Part shown: positions 59,230 through 64,000 of the stretch, piece by piece
Layout: every line of letters begins with the position of its first letter
How positions within the stretch are numbered: position 1 is the first letter of the stretch
From: a virus
Length of the DNA stretch: 64,000 bases
IMG/VR virus record: IMGVR_UViG_3300027143_000001
Coordinates: 32,001 to 96,000 of that record
Strand: one strand, 5' to 3'
Notes under the pieces: generated by a model
Told to the model about the DNA's origin: nothing
Database searches by the model: none
The model's input: only the letters and a program-made list of their open reading frames with translations
Translations under genes and position numbers: made by a program

Positions 59230-60696
59230 TTAAAGAGTGCTGATCAAGCTTGCTTCGCTTCCACCAGCAATAAGCCAGTTGTTCATGAATTGCTCAAAAT
59301 TTGAGTTTGTTCCGTTGGTAACAATCTTCACCAAGTACTGGTCAGCATCCATAGTGCCTGATGGGTTGCTCTTGCGAGGAACACTGTGCAGGATGTAGTA
59401 TGCTCCGTAGCGAGCAGCGCGAGATACGCCATTGCTATGTAATGTAGTAACATCTAATACTTCACGCATACGTGGATCATTGTTCCATGGCTCTTGCATG
59501 TAACGGTTAGACAAGATCAACTCGCGGATGATGGTCTCACCGAATCCGTTTCCTTGTGCAGTTGCTTGAGTTTCAAAAACACCACCTGTAGCTTCGTTAG
59601 TTACAAGCACGCTTTCAAAAGTCTTAGTTTCGTCAGACTGAACTCCAGTTGAACCGAAACACTTGGTAGCGCAAGGCTGATCCTTATCGTCTACAACAGA
59701 AGCGTAGATCTGGATTGGCTGCAACTCGTAGTGGTCAGTTGGCTGGAATGAACAGTTACCGAAAGTGGTATCTGCATAAGCACCAGTCAATTCCAAGAAC
59801 GCGTCGTTGGTAGCTGGTGTAGCATCTGGAACGTATGAGCTGAACGCAGTAGTTACGTTGTTGTAGAACTTAACAGGAGTTGCAGCAGAAACAGTTACTG
59901 TCACAGCTGAACCGTCAGCATTCACCAAACCAACAGTTGTTCCACTTACGTAGTTATAACTCACAAAAGTGTTTGCAGGAATACCTGCACCAACTACTCT
60001 TTGGTTGGCAACAATACCTGTAGCAGAAGCAACAGTCAAGCTAGTTGCAGCAGCAGCAGTACCAGTTGTTTCAGCAGCTAAGCTGTATACTTTTGGCGAT
60101 ACAAACTGCTTTAAGATTGGACTTGCAGCCAATTGCTCTTTCCATTGAAGCAATACGATCAACGGATCTACAGCTGCACCAGGAGTAGCGCAACATCCAG
60201 TGTATGCGTCAACAGTCATGTATGCGTTGTGCGTTAAGAAACGAAGTGCAGGAGAACCTTTAACGTCTACACGTAAACGGTAAGTGGTGTCACATACAAG
60301 TGCCGTGCAGTCAGCAGCGGGTTTTACCACAACGATGTTCTGAACAGGAGCCTCAGCTGGGATGTAGTAGAAAGCACTAACATATCTAGGGTTGATACCC
60401 TTAGATTTGATAGTCTCTTTGTACCCTCCGTGGAAAGGTCCGATCTTATCGTTTGCATGGAAGCTTCCTTGAGCCAAATAGATCATAGGAAGTTGCGCAT
60501 ACGTTGGGAAGGAACCTGGGTTCAAATCCAAAACTTTGTGAGTCTTAGCGTTGATTACACCAATCTGTCCAGCCAAAAGGGCTGTAGTAGCAATGGTACC
60601 TACTCCATTAGGAGCGCCTGTGTCATTTCCGTCTACAAACGGAGTTGCGTTCGTAGCTAACATGAGCTTCTGAAACGCGTGGGGAAAATAAGCCAT
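59230..60696 (-). CDS. Abundant structural protein, probable auxiliary capsid (decoration) protein (488 aa)
   Basis: Ala/Thr-rich, last gene of the capsid transcription unit before a terminator; internal beta-rich insert (ASATGIVANQRVVGAGIPANTFV). Confidence 0.5.
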   Translation of the reverse strand: MAYFPHAFQKLMLATNATPFVDGNDTGAPNGVGTIATTALLAGQIGVINAKTHKVLDLNPGSFPTYAQLPMIYLAQGSFHANDKIGPFHGGYKETIKSKGINPRYVSAFYYIPAEAPVQNIVVVKPAADCTALVCDTTYRLRVDVKGSPALRFLTHNAYMTVDAYTGCCATPGAAVDPLIVLLQWKEQLAASPILKQFVSPKVYSLAAETTGTAAAATSLTVASATGIVANQRVVGAGIPANTFVSYNYVSGTTVGLVNADGSAVTVTVSAATPVKFYNNVTTAFSSYVPDATPATNDAFLELTGAYADTTFGNCSFQPTDHYELQPIQIYASVVDDKDQPCATKCFGSTGVQSDETKTFESVLVTNEATGGVFETQATAQGNGFGETIIRELILSNRYMQEPWNNDPRMREVLDVTTLHSNGVSRAARYGAYYILHSVPRKSNPSGTMDADQYLVKIVTNGTNSNFEQFMNNWLIAGGSEASLISTL

Positions 60697-60732
60697 AGGG
60701 TTATAAGAATTATGAGGTTAGATAAAAAAAAA

Positions 60733-61164
60733 TCATTGTAAAAACAGGAGCTTGTACTTGATGGAGTTGATTGTGCTTTTCACATTGTCCAGGTCGTTTC
60801 CTATCTCACTGTAAGGCATCACTGACTGCAGGTCATTGACCATTGTCTTGAGCTCTCTTAAATAAGATAATCCATCCTCTACACTGTTCAAAATTTTAGG
60901 AGAACTTTCTTCACCATACTCCAGCAACTTTTCATGTGCACCCTGAAATCCTTCTGCCAGTGTATCAGCATGTCCGGGCAATGCGTCATAGAGTTCATTT
61001 AAAGCTTTGTGGCTAGCAAATGAACCTGGTCCTGTTACCTTCAGGTGTAGTTTGTGAATACTTGTAGCAGCATTCATCAGTTCTGATACAACCATTGCAG
61101 TACGAGCTTCCAGCGTGTTTGTTGACGCACCTTCTACAGGTATGATAAGTTTACGCTTCTCCAT
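60733..61164 (-). CDS. Dps/ferritin-like protein (143 aa)
   Basis: HKLHLKVTGPGSFASHKALNELYD...ADTLAE ferroxidase-type pattern; ends KYKLLFL. Confidence 0.8.
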   Translation of the reverse strand: MEKRKLIIPVEGASTNTLEARTAMVVSELMNAATSIHKLHLKVTGPGSFASHKALNELYDALPGHADTLAEGFQGAHEKLLEYGEESSPKILNSVEDGLSYLRELKTMVNDLQSVMPYSEIGNDLDNVKSTINSIKYKLLFLQ

Positions 61165-61865
61165 TAGTTATTTCCTGTTGCGTTGGTTTTGTTACGTTGA
61201 TACTGTGTGATAGACTCAATGTCTCCAGCCAGTATGCTTGCAGCGTCATCAACAAGCATCTCTGCTACATCATCCTTAAACTCGCAGGTTACGTCTGCTG
61301 TAACAGCTTGTCCTGTGTTCAGGTTTATGCATCCTGCAAACTGTACGTCTATGGGTTTGCGGTAGTAGGTAAGCTTTGTGTCAGCAACTGTAAACTTGTT
61401 GTTGTGATAAATTCTGAATTTGTTACCCTGTAATGTGCAGAAGGTTTCTCCCCACTCTGCACTGGGGTTTCTCAGAGAATCCACCAGCAGTTGACTAACA
61501 TCTGCAACCGGTGCCAGGTATACACCGATGGCACGGTCCGGGCAGCAGTCTGTGTGGCTCTTGGCACTGATACGTTTGAAATACAAGTAGTCGGGTGGGA
61601 GTACCTGCGTTTCAAAGTATATCAACTGGTTTGCACCAGTAAGCGGGGCTTCTACCAATAAACGTTGCAAGTCATCGATCAGGACATCAGAAGACTCATC
61701 GCCCTCCTTGGTCTGGTTAACACCATGAACCTGGCGTCTGACAAACTCCAGTTGTGCTTTGTTGAACGCTTCCGCGATCTGCCAGCACTCGATGTTGTCA
61801 TAGTCCATAGAGGCCAACTTATTGAGGCGCTCCTTTATCTTGATCTGTAACAGTGCGTTGTTCAT
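61164..61865 (-). CDS. Conserved crAss-like ring / head-tail connector protein (233 aa)
   Basis: IAEAFNKAQ...IDDLQRLL...LPPDYLY...LTYYRKP...TCEF pattern; second gene after the MCP gene. Confidence 0.65.
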   Translation of the reverse strand: MNNALLQIKIKERLNKLASMDYDNIECWQIAEAFNKAQLEFVRRQVHGVNQTKEGDESSDVLIDDLQRLLVEAPLTGANQLIYFETQVLPPDYLYFKRISAKSHTDCCPDRAIGVYLAPVADVSQLLVDSLRNPSAEWGETFCTLQGNKFRIYHNNKFTVADTKLTYYRKPIDVQFAGCINLNTGQAVTADVTCEFKDDVAEMLVDDAASILAGDIESITQYQRNKTNATGNN

Positions 61866-62878
61866 CAGTTATTCCACATTTTCTCTACGTTCTTTGTTAA
61901 GTCCATCAGGATCTCCTCGTTCAAAGGATTCTTCAGGTACTCAACCACATCTGAAGGATTCTTACCAATCATTGTCGCACTCTTCATGTGATAGATAAAA
62001 CCATCACCACGGGTTGCAATCAACTTGTACAGGTTTGCATCCTTTACAATGGCGCGCAACTTAAGCGTTTCCATATCCAGGCCGTTTACGTCCAGGAAGC
62101 GCTGTGCTGTCTTCTTCTTATCCTTCTCAACCGTTTCACCGTTGATATACTTATCCATGTTATCATAGAGTACGTCAAGCGGAGTGGTTTTACGATACTG
62201 TGTAGAATTGGGATCAACAATCTTACACACGTAGAACAGCTTATTGGCGTTCTTGTCAAATAATTTCTGCAATTCAGCCAAAGCTTTGTTGCGTAATTTC
62301 TTCACTTCAGTTCTGATGGAAGCGGTCTCCTCAAACTTGTCTAAGTAGAATTTAGCTCCAGGACGTCTGCGTGCTTCTTCAAGGCTTGGTGCAATCAAGG
62401 AAAATCCTCCAGCTTCAATAGCCTTAAGCTTGATCAGATCGTGTGGGTCTTTGATTGGATCTAAGAACACAGGATCATTGCCCATGCGAATCACAATTGT
62501 CTCCCAGAACTTTGCATTGTCTGGTCTAAGCAACTTGACTTTGTTCCAGAACTCCGGATCCTTTGGATCAATCACGTTAGATACCAGTTCTTTTTCAAGC
62601 TGCGCTACAGTGACGCGAATCTGATTGATCTTTGCTTCACGCTCATCGTCATCCAGTTCTTTTAGTTCTGGTGCAAATTCATTGAGGCCCGTCATGTAAC
62701 GACTGATACCATTAATGGTCAGACAGATTAGCGGCTCCTCGTGAAAACAGTTTTCAAACAAGGCCATGTTGTAACGCTGTAGACCCATGTTATCAGCAGA
62801 GGTGTCTACAAAAGGTCGGATGCTTACTTGTGCACCCGTCTTCAATGAGTTGTGTTTCTCAATCAAAGTAACTTCCAT
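61865..62878 (-). CDS. Conserved crAss-like protein following the MCP gene (337 aa; true start ATG 62878)
   Basis: MEVTLIEKH... start preceded by an A-rich leader; FLDPIKDPHDLI and VVEYLKNPLNEEIL motifs. The track's 26-aa extension runs into structured RNA. Confidence 0.7.
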   Translation of the reverse strand: MEVTLIEKHNSLKTGAQVSIRPFVDTSADNMGLQRYNMALFENCFHEEPLICLTINGISRYMTGLNEFAPELKELDDDEREAKINQIRVTVAQLEKELVSNVIDPKDPEFWNKVKLLRPDNAKFWETIVIRMGNDPVFLDPIKDPHDLIKLKAIEAGGFSLIAPSLEEARRRPGAKFYLDKFEETASIRTEVKKLRNKALAELQKLFDKNANKLFYVCKIVDPNSTQYRKTTPLDVLYDNMDKYINGETVEKDKKKTAQRFLDVNGLDMETLKLRAIVKDANLYKLIATRGDGFIYHMKSATMIGKNPSDVVEYLKNPLNEEILMDLTKNVEKMWNN

Positions 62879-62904
62879 AAAAATTTTTAGTTGGTTTGGT
62901 GTTC

Positions 62905-63090
62905 TTCTGCAACATTGGTGGGGCATTGCTGCCTTTAAGCTCCTGAACCACGTCACGGTTGTTGCTTCTCAGGAGTACCTGAACCTTTCGGTCCAGGCTT
63001 GGCTGTACATTACTAATGCACAGAGGGAGGTGGTCATAAGTTAGCCTGCAAAGACCAGGAGGATTTTAATGCCCTCCTGGTTTGCAGTAT
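62905..63090 (-). ncRNA. Candidate structured RNA (five stems, GNRA loops, possible pseudoknot)
   Basis: Stems at 63046-63087, 63003-63023, 62978-62997 (GAAA loop), 62940-62975 and 62922-62933 (GCAA loop). Mismatches in the 63003-63023 and 62978-62997 stems resolve as G-U pairs on the minus strand. Confidence 0.6.
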
Positions 63091-63104
63091 TACCTTCAGG
63101 GTTC

Positions 63105-64000
63105 TTAGAATGAACCTCCAGTGATGGGGTTGCGCATCACGATTTTGAGAACTTTGGTTGGGTCCTTAACCCAGATAGAAGGCATCATCTGAGTCATGAA
63201 TACACGGTAACCGTTGAAGTTACCTACAGAGGCAAACCCTTGAGAGCGACCCATGTAGTCCATAGTACCGTTTTGATAGAACCACTTCAACTCGCTGTCC
63301 CACTTCAACTTCAACAAGAAGATGTTGTCGTTGGTGTTGTCAGTGATGTCGAACACGATAAAGTTGTAAGAAGACAATGGGAAACCGTCAATGATTGGGT
63401 TCTCCACATCGTTAGTGTGTACGTTGTCAAAAGCAGGGTTCAACACAAACTTCACGTTTGCCAAGAATGGGATAGTGTAGCTGGTGAACGCAAACCCGAA
63501 GTTCAGGTCCATAGCGTTGTTACCAGAGATAGCACCAATACCGTTCTTAGACATGTCTGTGAACAAAGAGTTGTTCTGTGTAGCACTTGCACCTGCGATG
63601 TTGAAGGCCTCTTGCTTGATCGCCTCGTTAACCATACGCATACCGGCCATACCAGTTTGAACGATGATCTGACGAGAAGGATCTGGACCTTTGAAATCAA
63701 CCTTACCATTGTAGAAGTTGAAGATCTCAGAGCGGAACAATTCCAAAGAGAAACCATTCTTGTTGTAGATTCTCTTGAACGAGTTGTCCAATTGATCCCA
63801 CAAACCTACTGACAAACGAATGTCATCTGGTCCGTCTTGCTTGATTCTTCCACCCTTACCCCACATCAGGTAAGTTTCAATGTCATTGGCAATCTTGCTC
63901 AAGTGAGCTGATTCCATCTTAGTAACGAATGTTCTGGTCAAAGAACCATTGTCATACGCCTTCTTGATGTAATCTTTACCAAGTTTAGAAACCATTGCAT
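63105..64000 (-). CDS. Major capsid protein (HK97 fold, crAss-like), C-terminal part; 5' end lies outside the window
   Basis: LMWGKGG...GLWDQL, IIVQTGMAGM, NPAFDN, SIWVKDPTK motifs; the frame is open at the window edge. Confidence 0.85.
   Translation of the reverse strand, partial: AMVSKLGKDYIKKAYDNGSLTRTFVTKMESAHLSKIANDIETYLMWGKGGRIKQDGPDDIRLSVGLWDQLDNSFKRIYNKNGFSLELFRSEIFNFYNGKVDFKGPDPSRQIIVQTGMAGMRMVNEAIKQEAFNIAGASATQNNSLFTDMSKNGIGAISGNNAMDLNFGFAFTSYTIPFLANVKFVLNPAFDNVHTNDVENPIIDGFPLSSYNFIVFDITDNTNDNIFLLKLKWDSELKWFYQNGTMDYMGRSQGFASVGNFNGYRVFMTQMMPSIWVKDPTKVLKIVMRNPITGGSF

Noticed and set aside
62879-62956. Track's N-terminal extension of the 61865 gene
   Set aside because: It overlaps the structured RNA; the ATG at 62878 has the typical A-rich leader.
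62900-63050. tRNA, SAM or c-di-GMP riboswitch, or hammerhead ribozyme
   Set aside because: No T-loop or anticodon cloverleaf, and the conserved cores (e.g. CUGAnGA) are not matched.
63046-63087. Intrinsic terminator after the MCP gene
   Set aside because: The stem is strong but has no following U-tract, so it is treated as part of the structured RNA.
1480-63107. Stop-codon recoding (known in some crAss-like phages); no accepted gene here ends in TAG
   Set aside because: Genes up to 12.6 kb are intact in the standard code and TGA is used as a stop, so there is no evidence of readthrough. TAG avoidance alone is weak evidence.
177-63812. Numerous plus-strand ORFs (e.g. 6155-7456, 11477-12283, 19340-20218) and short alternate-frame minus-strand ORFs
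   Set aside because: They lie over long, motif-bearing minus-strand genes, show shadow-frame composition and carry no recognisable motifs.

Overview
The window is one continuous, minus-strand block of virion (late) genes from a large crAss-like phage (Crassvirales-type, probable Bacteroidota host), read in the standard genetic code. In transcription order (64000 toward 1) it holds: the 3' part of the major capsid gene; a highly structured intergenic RNA; conserved head and ring genes; a Dps/ferritin-like gene; Cys-rich, collagen and beta-propeller appendage genes; a metallophosphoesterase with a host-type promoter; an IHF/HU-like gene; two ring/tail-tube genes; a muzzle/tail-stabilisation gene with a vWA insert; a series of modular cargo proteins; three giant ejected proteins including a 4198-aa virion RNA polymerase (DFDxD); and tail fibre/tailspike genes. 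The most notable observations are: (1) the three giant ejected proteins carry Cys almost only at their facing termini, suggesting a head-to-tail linked chain; (2) the cargo proteins are mosaics of modules delimited by a recurring hydrophobic-x-x-Gly-Gly motif, possibly a polyprotein processing or packaging signal; (3) a multi-hairpin, pseudoknot-capable RNA lies directly after the capsid gene. Family calls come from motifs and synteny recognised by eye, not from database searches. Motif coordinates marked ~ are approximate.
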